Shown here in pieces: positions 55,421 through 64,000 of a DNA stretch of 64,000 nucleotides. Origin of the DNA: Candidatus Multivoradales bacterium. Its GTDB lineage: Bacteria; Acidobacteriota; Thermoanaerobaculia; Multivoradales; J023. The stretch spans positions 160,001-224,000 of the forward strand of contig CBDFLE010000006.1 in the NCBI GenBank assembly GCA_965248925.1, given 5' to 3'. The stretch's first letter is position 1. The number at the start of each line of letters is the position of its first letter. Below the pieces are notes generated by a model. It did no database searches. It was not told the DNA's origin and worked only from the letters and a program-made list of their open reading frames with translations. Position numbers and translations under genes: made by a program.

Positions 55421-57472
55421 CTACCCCGGCACCGCCGCCAGCCCGCGCCGGTGCAGCAGCGGCTCGATGGCCGGTTCGGCGCCGCGGAAGCCGCGGTAGA
55501 GGTCTTCGGGCTCGGCGGTGCCGCCGGTCTCCAACACATGACGGCGGAGGGCGGCGGCGAGATCGGGGTGGAACAGGTCGCCGCTGTCTTTGAAGGCGGC
55601 AAAGCCATCGGCATCGAGCACCGCGGCCCAGATGTAGCTGTAGTAGCCAGCGGCGTAGCCACCGGCAAATATGTGGGCAAAATACGGACTGTGGTAGCGA
55701 ATCGGAATCGGTGGGATCAGCCCAAGTTGGCGGATCAGCTGCTGTTCGATCGCCTCGACCCGCGGTTCGGTGTCGGGATCTTCGAGGGTGTGCCAGGCGA
55801 GATCGAGGTAGGACGCCGCCAGGTACTCGGCGGTGGCAAAACCCTGGTTGTGCAAACGAGCTTGCTCTAGCTTGTCGATCAAACGCTGGGGAATCGGCTC
55901 TCCGCTTTGCCAGTGGCGAGCATAGCGCCGCATCACCACTGGCTCGGTGGCCCAGTTTTCGATCAGCTGAGAGGGAAACTCGACGAAATCCCGCGGCACG
56001 CTGGTGCCCGAGAAAATCGTGTAGGTGCTCTGCGCCAGCAATCCGTGCAAGGCATGGCCAAACTCGTGGAACAGGGTCTCGACCTCACCCAGGCCGAGCA
56101 GCGCCGGCTCCGCGGCGGTGGGGGGCGGAAAGTTGCACACGTTGACCACAATCGGACGGATGTTGCGACCCTCGACGATCTGCTGATCGCGGTAGACATC
56201 CATCCAAGCGCCAACCTTCTTGCCCGACCGTTGATGGTAGTCGGTGAGCAACAGGCCGAGGTGAGAGCCGTCGCGATCCTTGACTTCCCAAGCGCGGACT
56301 TCGGGATCATAGACCGGCACTTCGGGACGCTCTTCGAAGCTCAAGCCAAAGAGCAGTCCGGCAACTTCGAAAGCCCCCCGGCGCACGTTGTCGAGAGCGA
56401 AGTAGGGCCGCAACTCCTGCTCGTCGAGCTGATATCTCCGCTGCCGCACCTGATTGGCATAGAAGCGCCAATCCCACGGTTGCAGTTCGAAATCACCGCC
56501 CTCGGCGTCGATCAGTGCTTGCAGTTCGGCAGCCTCGGCACGGGCGCGGCCGATCGCCGCCGGCCACAGACGGTCGAGCAACTGGCGGACGCCTTCCGGG
56601 GTCTTGGCCATGCTCTCCTCCAGCACATAATGAGCGTGACTCGGATAGCCCAGAAGATGGGCGCGGCGCACCCGCAGGAGGGCCATCCGCTCGGCCACCG
56701 GTCGATTGTTGTGCTCCCCCCCGGCGCAGCGCTCGAGGTAGGCACGAAAGATGCGCTCGCGCAAGTCGCGCCGCTGGCAACTGCGCAAGAAAGGGGCCAG
56801 GCTGGGACCATGTAGGGTAAACACCCATTTGCCAGCCTGGCCACGACGGGTCGCCTCCTCAGCCGCCGCCGCCCGCGCCGTTGGCGGCAACCCCTGGAGA
56901 TCCGCCGAGTCGTCGAGCACCAGCTCAAAATCGTTCATCTCCTCCAGCAAGTGGTTGGCGAAGCGCACCGCCAGCTCGGAAAGCTCCCGGTGAATATCCT
57001 CCAAGCGCCGCTTGTCAGCCGCGCCAAGACGCGCCCCAGAGCGCACCAAACGTTTGTGGGTCTCTACCAGCAAACGCCGCTGCTCGGCACCCAGGTCGAG
57101 TTCGTCGCGAACTGTCCACACCGCCTCGATGCGCTCGAACAACTTGCTATTCAAGCGAATAGCGTCGCCATGGGTGGCTAGCAGCGGCGCTACTTGGCGA
57201 GCGGTTTCGCGCAGCTGTGGCCGGCTGTCAGCGGATCTGAGGTTGGTGAAGACATCGTGAACCCGCGCCAGCTGTTCGCCGCAGCGCTCCAGCGCCTCGA
57301 TGGTGTTGGCAAAGGTCGGCGCTTCGCTATTGTTGATGATCGCCGCGACTTCAGCGCGTTCGGCGGCCATCGCCGCCTGGTAAGCGGGCAAGAAATGGCG
57401 GTCACGTAAGCGCTCGAAAGGAGGCACACCAAAAGGGGTCTCGAAGGGGACTAGCAGGGGATTGTCGCTCAC
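55421..57472 (-). CDS. dcp: M3 family peptidyl-dipeptidase (Dcp-like)
   Basis: NPLL, PPF, PTFANTI, PWDW, GAWM, TLFHEFGHALH, DFVEFPSQ, GYAAGYYSY.W. Confidence 0.92.
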   Translation of the reverse strand: MSDNPLLVPFETPFGVPPFERLRDRHFLPAYQAAMAAERAEVAAIINNSEAPTFANTIEALERCGEQLARVHDVFTNLRSADSRPQLRETARQVAPLLATHGDAIRLNSKLFERIEAVWTVRDELDLGAEQRRLLVETHKRLVRSGARLGAADKRRLEDIHRELSELAVRFANHLLEEMNDFELVLDDSADLQGLPPTARAAAAEEATRRGQAGKWVFTLHGPSLAPFLRSCQRRDLRERIFRAYLERCAGGEHNNRPVAERMALLRVRRAHLLGYPSHAHYVLEESMAKTPEGVRQLLDRLWPAAIGRARAEAAELQALIDAEGGDFELQPWDWRFYANQVRQRRYQLDEQELRPYFALDNVRRGAFEVAGLLFGLSFEERPEVPVYDPEVRAWEVKDRDGSHLGLLLTDYHQRSGKKVGAWMDVYRDQQIVEGRNIRPIVVNVCNFPPPTAAEPALLGLGEVETLFHEFGHALHGLLAQSTYTIFSGTSVPRDFVEFPSQLIENWATEPVVMRRYARHWQSGEPIPQRLIDKLEQARLHNQGFATAEYLAASYLDLAWHTLEDPDTEPRVEAIEQQLIRQLGLIPPIPIRYHSPYFAHIFAGGYAAGYYSYIWAAVLDADGFAAFKDSGDLFHPDLAAALRRHVLETGGTAEPEDLYRGFRGAEPAIEPLLHRRGLAAVPG

Positions 57473-57663
57473 ACTGGACCTCGGCTGGCTGGGATTGGGC
57501 AGAACGAGTGGCACGGTCGGCAAGGATGCTCCGCAGAGCAGCTGCACAGCATAGCCGATCAGCCGGCAGGAACCAGCGCGGCGAGGGTACCGACCCGCGA
57601 TGGCCTGGTGTCAACACCCTGAGGCACCGCGGATCAGCTGAGAAGACTGCTGAGGATCGCCCG

Positions 57664-58350
57664 CTAGCTCTCCCAACCACCGAGCTCACCTTGCCCGCCG
57701 CCCTCCCCGGGCGAGCACACTCCACTGCACTGGACATAGTGAAAGACGCCGCAACCGGGCGCTCCTGGGTTGCTACAACCGCCCGACTTGCAGACCTCCC
57801 CAGGCTCGCAGTTCCAGCGCTCATAGCCTGGTGCGCAATCGCATTTCTGCTCGGCACCGACCTCGTCGTTGTGCCCCACCCGACCGATCGATTCCGCCAC
57901 TGAGTCGGCAAAGTGGCCAAGCTCGACAAAGCCGATTTGAAAGGCCTGCTGGCCGAAAACCGGCTGAGCTCGTCGCCCCAACGCTTCGGCACGGGCCAGC
58001 TGGGCCGGACGCCGTTCGGCATCGAACCGAGAGGCGAAGAAGCTCGGACTGGCGAGCGCCGTCGCTTCGTCGATCAGCGCCCGCTCGGCGGTCTTCAGCC
58101 ACTGCCGGCCGGCGGCAAAGTGCGCCAGATGAGTGCGCCACATGCGACTCTGCACCGCCCCCGGTAGGGCGTTGACCACCCGTCCCCGAACCGCCGCCGG
58201 GAAAGCGGCCAGCTCTTCGTAGGTCGTCGGCGGTGGACCCAGCTCAGCCACTGAGGCTGGCGAGGCACAGCTCAGAGCGTTGTCCTCTGCCAGCAGGAAT
58301 GGGGTCGACAGTAGCCAGCAGACCAGCACGCCATGGATCGATCTCTTCAT
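57664..58350 (-). CDS. Bacteriocin fulvocin C-related protein
   Basis: GAGGAG RBS, signal peptide, pro-region PTTYEEL...SRMWRTHL, C-terminal 8-Cys domain CDC..C..C..GC..GCG..C.G.C. Confidence 0.8.
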   Translation of the reverse strand: MKRSIHGVLVCWLLSTPFLLAEDNALSCASPASVAELGPPPTTYEELAAFPAAVRGRVVNALPGAVQSRMWRTHLAHFAAGRQWLKTAERALIDEATALASPSFFASRFDAERRPAQLARAEALGRRAQPVFGQQAFQIGFVELGHFADSVAESIGRVGHNDEVGAEQKCDCAPGYERWNCEPGEVCKSGGCSNPGAPGCGVFHYVQCSGVCSPGEGGGQGELGGWES

Positions 58351-58478
58351 CACTATCTCCTCGGATTGACCAGCAGCCGCGGGCCGATATCTCGACCCGG
58401 GCCAGGAACGATTTGACAAGGCACCGAGCTCGGCGGCGAGGCCGAGCCCGGCGAGGTGGCAAAGGCGCGACCGGCCGC

Positions 58479-59435
58479 CTACATGGCGGCGGTGGCGAGG
58501 CGCAGCTCGTTGATCGCCCGGTCGACGTCGCGTTCGGCCTCGGGAGAAGAGCTGAAGGTCTCTTCGTAGGCCCGGAGTACGTCTGGATCGACATCCAGTA
58601 AAGCCTGTAGCTCGGGCCACAGAGCCAGGGCCTGCCGCGCCCCGTCGATCATCTTCTCGGCCGCCGCCATCGCCTCGGCCTGCCGCTCATCAGAGAGGTT
58701 GGCGCCCTCCAACTTCAGCTGCCCCTGCCAATCGTGATCGGCAACCAGGCTAGCCAGCAGGTTCATCTTGCCGAGAACCCGATGGGCGATACCCGGCTGG
58801 CGACTCACCGGCGCCTCGACCAACAACGAGAGCTTGTTGCTGGTTTGCCCGTTGACGGTCAGCACCACCGCCACCTCGCGCGGCAGCGGCCCATCCAGGC
58901 GCGGCACCACGGTGGTCAGCAGAGTGTGGGAACCTAGCGGCGAGAGCACCGCCGGCTGGCCATCGAAGGTCAGCTCCATCTCGTCTTGGTACCAGCTGAA
59001 ATGGGCACCCACCACCGACACGATGCGGCCGACCGGTGCCGCGCTGAGGCGCTGTCCTCCAGGCACCAACTCGGCACTCTCGCGGTCACGATCGACCGGC
59101 CCACCGGCGACGATGGCGGTGATCAGTGGCGGATCGGCCGGCGGTGGATCGGTGAAGGCATCCCACAACCCGGCACCCAGAGAAAGGGCACCGTAGCCCA
59201 AGGCGAGGCCGCCGGTGATCGGATTCGGGGCCACGGCGGTGATGATTCCGTGATTCAGGGCGGCGACACCCGACCCCAGCGAGACCGCTCGGGCGGTTTC
59301 GCTGGCGAAGGCCGATCCCGGCAGCAGGAGTGCTAGAACGAGTAGCAGCGCTACGATCTGATTCGCCCTCCTGGTTCGACATTGACCCGGCCTCCGGGCC
59401 GGCTGTTTCTGCTTTGGGTTCTGGCTCCATTTCAT
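58479..59435 (-). CDS. Secreted protein with a Gly/Ala-rich hydrophobic hairpin, an IPT/TIG-like domain and a helical C-terminus
   Basis: Signal peptide ending SAFA; GGLALGYGALSLGAG; P.IT...G.IVSVVG.HF...TFDG...VVP...VTVNGQTSN. Confidence 0.7.
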   Translation of the reverse strand: MKWSQNPKQKQPARRPGQCRTRRANQIVALLLVLALLLPGSAFASETARAVSLGSGVAALNHGIITAVAPNPITGGLALGYGALSLGAGLWDAFTDPPPADPPLITAIVAGGPVDRDRESAELVPGGQRLSAAPVGRIVSVVGAHFSWYQDEMELTFDGQPAVLSPLGSHTLLTTVVPRLDGPLPREVAVVLTVNGQTSNKLSLLVEAPVSRQPGIAHRVLGKMNLLASLVADHDWQGQLKLEGANLSDERQAEAMAAAEKMIDGARQALALWPELQALLDVDPDVLRAYEETFSSSPEAERDVDRAINELRLATAAM

Positions 59436-59702
59436 GACTCGATCTCCATCGTTTTCGGCCACTCATGACCCTCGCGGATCAGTGCCCGGTTTGGTTTTCG
59501 TTCTATACGCGGAAAGCGCCCCGAAAATGGCTCATCGAGCAGCCATCAAGTCACCTGCTATTCACCGCCAGGCGATTTGGTTGAGAAAGTCGTCAACGAA
59601 TGCAGCTCGGAGAGAGTAGAGCTGAGTAGGAAGAGCCCGCTACGAGCCGGCTAGCAAGTCGAGAAACGACACGAAACGCAGGAATTCGAGAGTCCACCCC
59701 CA

Positions 59703-60332
59703 TTGGTCGCCAAAACCCAGCCCCTTCGCCTAGCCCTGGTCGAAGGCCAATCAGCGCAAGCCGAGCAGACCCGAGCACGCCTTACCCACCGTGCCCAGGC
59801 CGGCGACCGGCCAGCGTTCGAGCAGCTGCTCGAGCGCCACGAACGGCAGGTCGCCAACACCGCCTGGCGTCTTCTCGGCCATCGCGAAGACACCCAGGAC
59901 GCCGCCCAAGAGGTTTTCCTGAGGCTGTTTCGCCACCTCGACACCATCGACCCGAATCGTGACCTGGCACCTTGGCTCTACCGGGTCACGGTCAACGTCT
60001 GTCGCGACGTCGCCCGGCGACGGCGGCGGCAACCCACCGATTCACTGCCCGCACCGGGGGCGCCAGAGCCTCGCCAGATGGCTGATCCGGCAGCGGATCC
60101 GGCCAGGCGGACTGCGGCTAGCGAAGAGCTCCGCATCGTCGAGCAAGGCTTGGCGACCCTCAGCCACAAGGAACGCTCGGCATTGGTCCTGCGCGACCTC
60201 GAGGGTCTGTCGACCCGCCAGGTGGCCAACATCTTGAGCTCTTCCGAGACCACCGTCCGCTCGCAGATCTGCCGTGCCCGGCTGAATCTCAAGCAGTTTC
60301 GCGACCGCCGGCTGAAGAGGAGATTCCGATGA
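59703..60332 (+). CDS. ECF RNA polymerase sigma factor
   Basis: GDRPAFEQL, DAAQEVFLR, WLYRVTVN, VLRDLEGLST, TVRSQICRAR. Confidence 0.93.
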   Translation: MVAKTQPLRLALVEGQSAQAEQTRARLTHRAQAGDRPAFEQLLERHERQVANTAWRLLGHREDTQDAAQEVFLRLFRHLDTIDPNRDLAPWLYRVTVNVCRDVARRRRRQPTDSLPAPGAPEPRQMADPAADPARRTAASEELRIVEQGLATLSHKERSALVLRDLEGLSTRQVANILSSSETTVRSQICRARLNLKQFRDRRLKRRFR

Positions 60333-61030
60333 GCTGTAAGAGCTACCACGACAACATCGCCCTGGCGGTCGAAGATGATCTCGACGCCGCCGCCGCCGGT
60401 CGGCTCGCACAACACCTCGAAGGCTGTGCTGACTGCCGCGCTCTGGCCGTCGAGCTGCGCGCCAGCCAGCGTGCGTTGCACAGCTGGGCTGAGCAAGGAA
60501 TCGACTCTGCCCTGCTGGTGGACATTCGGGCCGGCATCGCCCACCAACTCGACGGCTCGGCACCACCGCGCCGCACCCGATACCGCTGGCTGGCAGTCGC
60601 GGCAGTCCTGCTAGCGGCGCTGCTCACCCATCTCGTCCAGCGCCGGCCGGCACCACCCGCCGCTGCTCCAGCGGCCCGGGTGGCAGCCACAGCAGCGGTC
60701 GAGATCGAAACCCAGGAACCGCCGACGGTGCCAACCACGACATCGCCGCCGACCGTCAAGGCAACCGCCGATTCCATCCAGCAGCCACCTCTCGAGCCGC
60801 GGAAAGCCGCCCTAGCGACCCTGTCGAAGGAGCCTCCAGCAACACCCGAGCCGCAAAGGCATGCGCCGCCGCCAGTGATCGACCGACCGCAACCGAGCCA
60901 ACTCGCCGACCACACCCTCGAGCCAACGACCCTGCGCTGGATCCTCGACGATCCACCGACGGTGATCTACTGGCAGATCGACCCCTCCCCACCTGACCAG
61001 GAGAGTAAAGATGTCTCGTCCGAAGTTTGA
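60329..61030 (+). CDS. zf-HC2 anti-sigma factor
   Basis: ATGA overlap with the sigma gene; HLEGCADC; TM helix; Pro-rich tail ending DDPPTVIYW. Confidence 0.88.
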   Translation: MSCKSYHDNIALAVEDDLDAAAAGRLAQHLEGCADCRALAVELRASQRALHSWAEQGIDSALLVDIRAGIAHQLDGSAPPRRTRYRWLAVAAVLLAALLTHLVQRRPAPPAAAPAARVAATAAVEIETQEPPTVPTTTSPPTVKATADSIQQPPLEPRKAALATLSKEPPATPEPQRHAPPPVIDRPQPSQLADHTLEPTTLRWILDDPPTVIYWQIDPSPPDQESKDVSSEV

Positions 61031-61760
61031 AAGCCCGTTCTGTACTACCTTGTTACTAGCAGCGATCGCTTTGCTACTCGCCGCGCCACTGGCAGGCGAG
61101 GAGTCAGCCAACTCCGATCCGCCACGCACCGTCATCAAAGCCGTCCGGCACATCAATGTCGAAGATCTGGTCTCAACCCTCGAGCTGCTCGATATCACCT
61201 TCGCGATCAAGTCCGATCTCAACTCGGTGGTTCTACGAGGCCCCGATGGCGGCGACCTGCAGACCGCGCTGAAACTGATCGACGCACTCGACACCCCCAG
61301 TCCGACGATCAGCCTACGGGTCTTCATCCTCACTGGCTCGCGGCAGGCCAGCGAGCAAACCGAGCTGCCCGGCGAGCTCGAAGCGGTAACCCGCCAACTA
61401 CGCGACCTCTTTGGCTTCAAGAGCATCCGCTTGCTTGACACCGCGTTCCTGCAAGTCTTGGAGGGTCACCGCGGCTTCGTTGAAGGCGGCGTTCGCTTCG
61501 GCAGCGCCGCTGATCAACAGGGGCACTACGAACTGGTGTTCAGCAAAGCAAGGGTGTCGCCGCGGGAAGATGGCCCGGTGTTCATCCGGCTGGCTGGCCT
61601 CAAATTCAACCTCAACGGCAAAAACGGGCAAGGCGTCCGCCTGCAAACCGATGTCGAGGTACCGATGGGTCAGAAAGCGGTGATCGGCAAATCGACCCCG
61701 GGCGGCTCCAGCGACAGCCTGGTCCTGGTGGTCGAGGCCAGCGCCCCGAGCGGTCCCTAA
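61011..61760 (+). CDS. Secreted hypothetical protein with a secretin N-domain-like start
   Basis: Signal peptide; VRHI.V..L...NSVVLRG...ALKLIDALDTP; C-terminal GQKAVIGK..LVLVV. Confidence 0.65.
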   Translation: MSRPKFESPFCTTLLLAAIALLLAAPLAGEESANSDPPRTVIKAVRHINVEDLVSTLELLDITFAIKSDLNSVVLRGPDGGDLQTALKLIDALDTPSPTISLRVFILTGSRQASEQTELPGELEAVTRQLRDLFGFKSIRLLDTAFLQVLEGHRGFVEGGVRFGSAADQQGHYELVFSKARVSPREDGPVFIRLAGLKFNLNGKNGQGVRLQTDVEVPMGQKAVIGKSTPGGSSDSLVLVVEASAPSGP

Positions 61761-61787
61761 ACGCGATCGACCCTGGGCTGAGTCGGC

Positions 61788-62621
61788 TCAATGGCCGAGC
61801 AGCTCATTGGCCTCGCCGTGTAGCAAGATGTCGTGGGCAAAGCCGTAGGTACCCGGCCCGCTGAGCTCTGCGGCGGCGCTGCGAAAGAGGGTCATTGCCG
61901 CCAGGGACACCAGGCCGCCAACGCTCAGCCGGGCAACCCCCAAAGCCTGCATCTCGGCCACCGGCGGCGCCGTCGCCTTGGCGAGAATATTCAGCGGTCC
62001 GCCGATCTCGCCCACCAGGGCACCGATGATCTCCGCATCAACGACCCCTGGAACGAAGACACAGTCGGCGCCCGCTTCGAGATAGGCGTTGCCCCGACGA
62101 ACCGTCTCGGCAAAGGACGCGGCATCGTGCGGGCGGCGCAAGTAGCAGTCGGTGCGGGCATTGATCAGCAGCGGAATGGCGCTCTTCTCGGCGGCCTGCC
62201 GGGCCGCCCGCAAGCGCTCTGCCGCGAGGGTCGCATCGAGCAGCAGCTCACCGGCTCGGCGACCGCTGTCCTCGAGATTGATCCCCACCGCGCCAGCGGC
62301 CAGGGTCTGGCGGACGGTTTCGGCGACGTCTTCTGGCAAGTCGCCGTAGCCGCCTTCGATATCGGCGCTCACCGGCACTGCGACAGCGCTAGCAATCCGC
62401 CGCACCATCGCCAGCATCTCGCGGCGGGAGATCTGCTCACCGTCAGCATAGCCCAGCAACCAGGCGATGCCGGCGCTGGAAGTCGCCACCGCCGGGAAGC
62501 CCGCCTGCTCGACGATTTTCGAGCTGCCAACATCGGCGGTGTTGAGCAAGACCAGAGTCTGCGGCCGGTGGTGGAGGCGCCGAAGCTGGGCTGCCTTGTC
62601 TGCTTGTGGGTTCGTTGCCAT
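61788..62621 (-). CDS. Isocitrate lyase/PEP mutase family protein
   Basis: ATSSAG..GYADGE, PVSADIEGGYG, GINLED, INARTD, YLEAGADCVFVP, PLNIL. Confidence 0.92.
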   Translation of the reverse strand: MATNPQADKAAQLRRLHHRPQTLVLLNTADVGSSKIVEQAGFPAVATSSAGIAWLLGYADGEQISRREMLAMVRRIASAVAVPVSADIEGGYGDLPEDVAETVRQTLAAGAVGINLEDSGRRAGELLLDATLAAERLRAARQAAEKSAIPLLINARTDCYLRRPHDAASFAETVRRGNAYLEAGADCVFVPGVVDAEIIGALVGEIGGPLNILAKATAPPVAEMQALGVARLSVGGLVSLAAMTLFRSAAAELSGPGTYGFAHDILLHGEANELLGH

Positions 62622-62634
62622 TGCCGTTCACTTC

Positions 62635-62737
62635 ATAGTCAGAGGGCGAAATAGTCAGAGGGCGAAAAGTCTATCCCGCACCGCGACCTCAGTGGTGGCT
62701 GCCGAACAGTGGATCGACAGTGGATCGACAGCGGATC
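62635..62737. repeat. Two short tandem repeats (16 bp x2; 11 bp x~3)
   Basis: atagtcagagggcgaa at 62635 and 62651; acagYggatcg at 62706, 62717 and 62728. Confidence 0.8.
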
Positions 62738-62756
62738 AAGGCAGCGTGGCCGCGGC

Positions 62757-63527
62757 TCAGCCGTCAGTGGCCAAACGACGGAAGGTCAGGGGCAGTTTCT
62801 GGATTCCCTGCTGCCATTCGCCGACCACCTCCGAGCCGTCCGCAGACAAAGTACCGACAAAACTAGCGCTCAGAGAGGCAATCTCGAAGCGCAGGCTGCC
62901 GAGGAAAAACAACACCCGATCGGCGTTGATCGCCATCGACCCCTGATCGACGCTCTCCAGCGCCCCGCTGTAGGTGCCCTCTTGGTCGACGCTGACCCGC
63001 AACTCCAGCCGCAGAGCCGTGCTGCCCAGAAAAAGTGCTCCGCGCCAACCGCCGGCAGCACCCTCACCGGCGACGCCGGGGCCGATCCACTCAGCAACCG
63101 CTGGATCCACCGGTGCTGGCGCCTCGGCGGTTGTCGACTTCCGATCAAGCCGCAGGGCGCCTTCTTGCCCCGCTTGGCTGAAGGTACCGGCCATCACTGC
63201 GCCATCTTCACTGAGAGTGCCCGAGAAAGTCGGCTCCCCAGGAATCTTGGGGATCTTAAACGCCACCGTTCCTTCTTCGATCGACAGTTCCGAGAGTTCC
63301 AAATCGCTCAACCTCTGCTGCGGCACGTCGAAGTAGCCGCGCCACTCGCCGTCGGCATCTCGATCCAGATCGAGCACGATCTCGAGTTCGACACCGGATA
63401 TTCTCAGCAAGCCCTGCCAATGCCCTACCGGGACCACCGAATCGGCCGCCGCCGACCCGATCGCGGTCAGCGATAGCAGTAACAAGCCGCCGATCATCGA
63501 TTTGAGTGTGACTCTAGAAGCACTCAT
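62757..63527 (-). CDS. Secreted hypothetical protein with two internally repeated beta domains
   Basis: AGGAG RBS, signal peptide; the pattern G.W.G.L...L.L...G.Y/L..V.Q...F.I....F.GTLS.DG..G.F/W.Q occurs twice. Confidence 0.8.
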   Translation of the reverse strand: MSASRVTLKSMIGGLLLLSLTAIGSAAADSVVPVGHWQGLLRISGVELEIVLDLDRDADGEWRGYFDVPQQRLSDLELSELSIEEGTVAFKIPKIPGEPTFSGTLSEDGAVMAGTFSQAGQEGALRLDRKSTTAEAPAPVDPAVAEWIGPGVAGEGAAGGWRGALFLGSTALRLELRVSVDQEGTYSGALESVDQGSMAINADRVLFFLGSLRFEIASLSASFVGTLSADGSEVVGEWQQGIQKLPLTFRRLATDG

Positions 63528-63574
63528 GTGGTCTCCTTGTAGTAGGCGGCTCAATCCAACGACTGACCCTCACT

Positions 63575-63616
63575 TGGCGATGTTCGAATGGCGATGTTCG
63601 AATGGCGATGTTCAAA
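63575..63616. repeat. 14-bp tandem repeat x3
   Basis: tggcgatgttcRaa at 63575, 63589 and 63603. Confidence 0.85.
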
Positions 63617-63700
63617 GTTGAATCGAGTCTACGACGGTTCGGTGGTGAATATTCAGGTTTGCAAACCTCGGCGGCCTTTTACCCGAGAAGGAAACACGCC

Positions 63701-64000
63701 TTGTCAGAGAATTCGACCCTCAACATCCAGCCCACCGCCGGCACCAGCAGCGCGGAACGTACCAACAAAGCTCGCCAGCTGCGGCTCAGCTTACTGCACC
63801 AGATCCTCGGCGATCGGTACCAGCTCAAGGCCTACCTTGGCCGCGGCGCCTTCGCCACCGTTTACCTAGCCCGCAATCGTCATTTGGAGCGTTTCGAGGC
63901 GATCAAGGTGCTGTCCGAGACTCTCGACGATCGGCGCCTAGCTCGCCGCTTCGTCGAGGAGGCCAAGGTGGTGGCCTCGCTGGACCACCCGAATATCGTC
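63701..64000 (+). CDS. Hanks-type Ser/Thr protein kinase (5' part, runs off the window)
   Basis: Not in the ORF track. Manual translation from TTG: RYQLKAYLGRGAFATVYLA...AIKVL...RFVEEAKVVASLDHPNIV. Confidence 0.9.
   Translation, partial: MSENSTLNIQPTAGTSSAERTNKARQLRLSLLHQILGDRYQLKAYLGRGAFATVYLARNRHLERFEAIKVLSETLDDRRLARRFVEEAKVVASLDHPNIV

Noticed and set aside
62635-63616. Short repeats as a CRISPR array
   Set aside because: Units are 11-16 bp, contiguous, without spacers, and there are no cas genes.

Overview
High-GC bacterial chromosomal window. The gene families suggest Acidobacteriota, Thermoanaerobaculia-like (inference). Housekeeping genes: S55 peptidase, tsaC, recN, proC plus proline dehydrogenase, lipA, lipB, and nadQ-nadA-nadB-nadC with two visible NadQ operator palindromes. 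It also carries many peptidases and secreted proteins, fdrA plus DUF1116, and a split 2-aminobenzoyl-CoA-type beta-oxidation cluster. Accessory parts: a type II R-M-like pair, a decayed ~3.8 kb island bounded by a degenerate copy of the 3' end of an M14 peptidase gene, a P-loop ATPase plus degenerate-STAND-TPR pair, and a fulvocin C-like bacteriocin locus. Best candidate for an undescribed system: a secreted protein with lysyl-oxidase-like motifs in the right order (candidate LTQ Lys/Tyr, altered Cu site), encoded directly downstream of a NapH/MauN-like membrane polyferredoxin-TPR protein. No rRNA, tRNA, CRISPR array or transposase was recognised. All calls come from reading motifs by eye; no searches were run.
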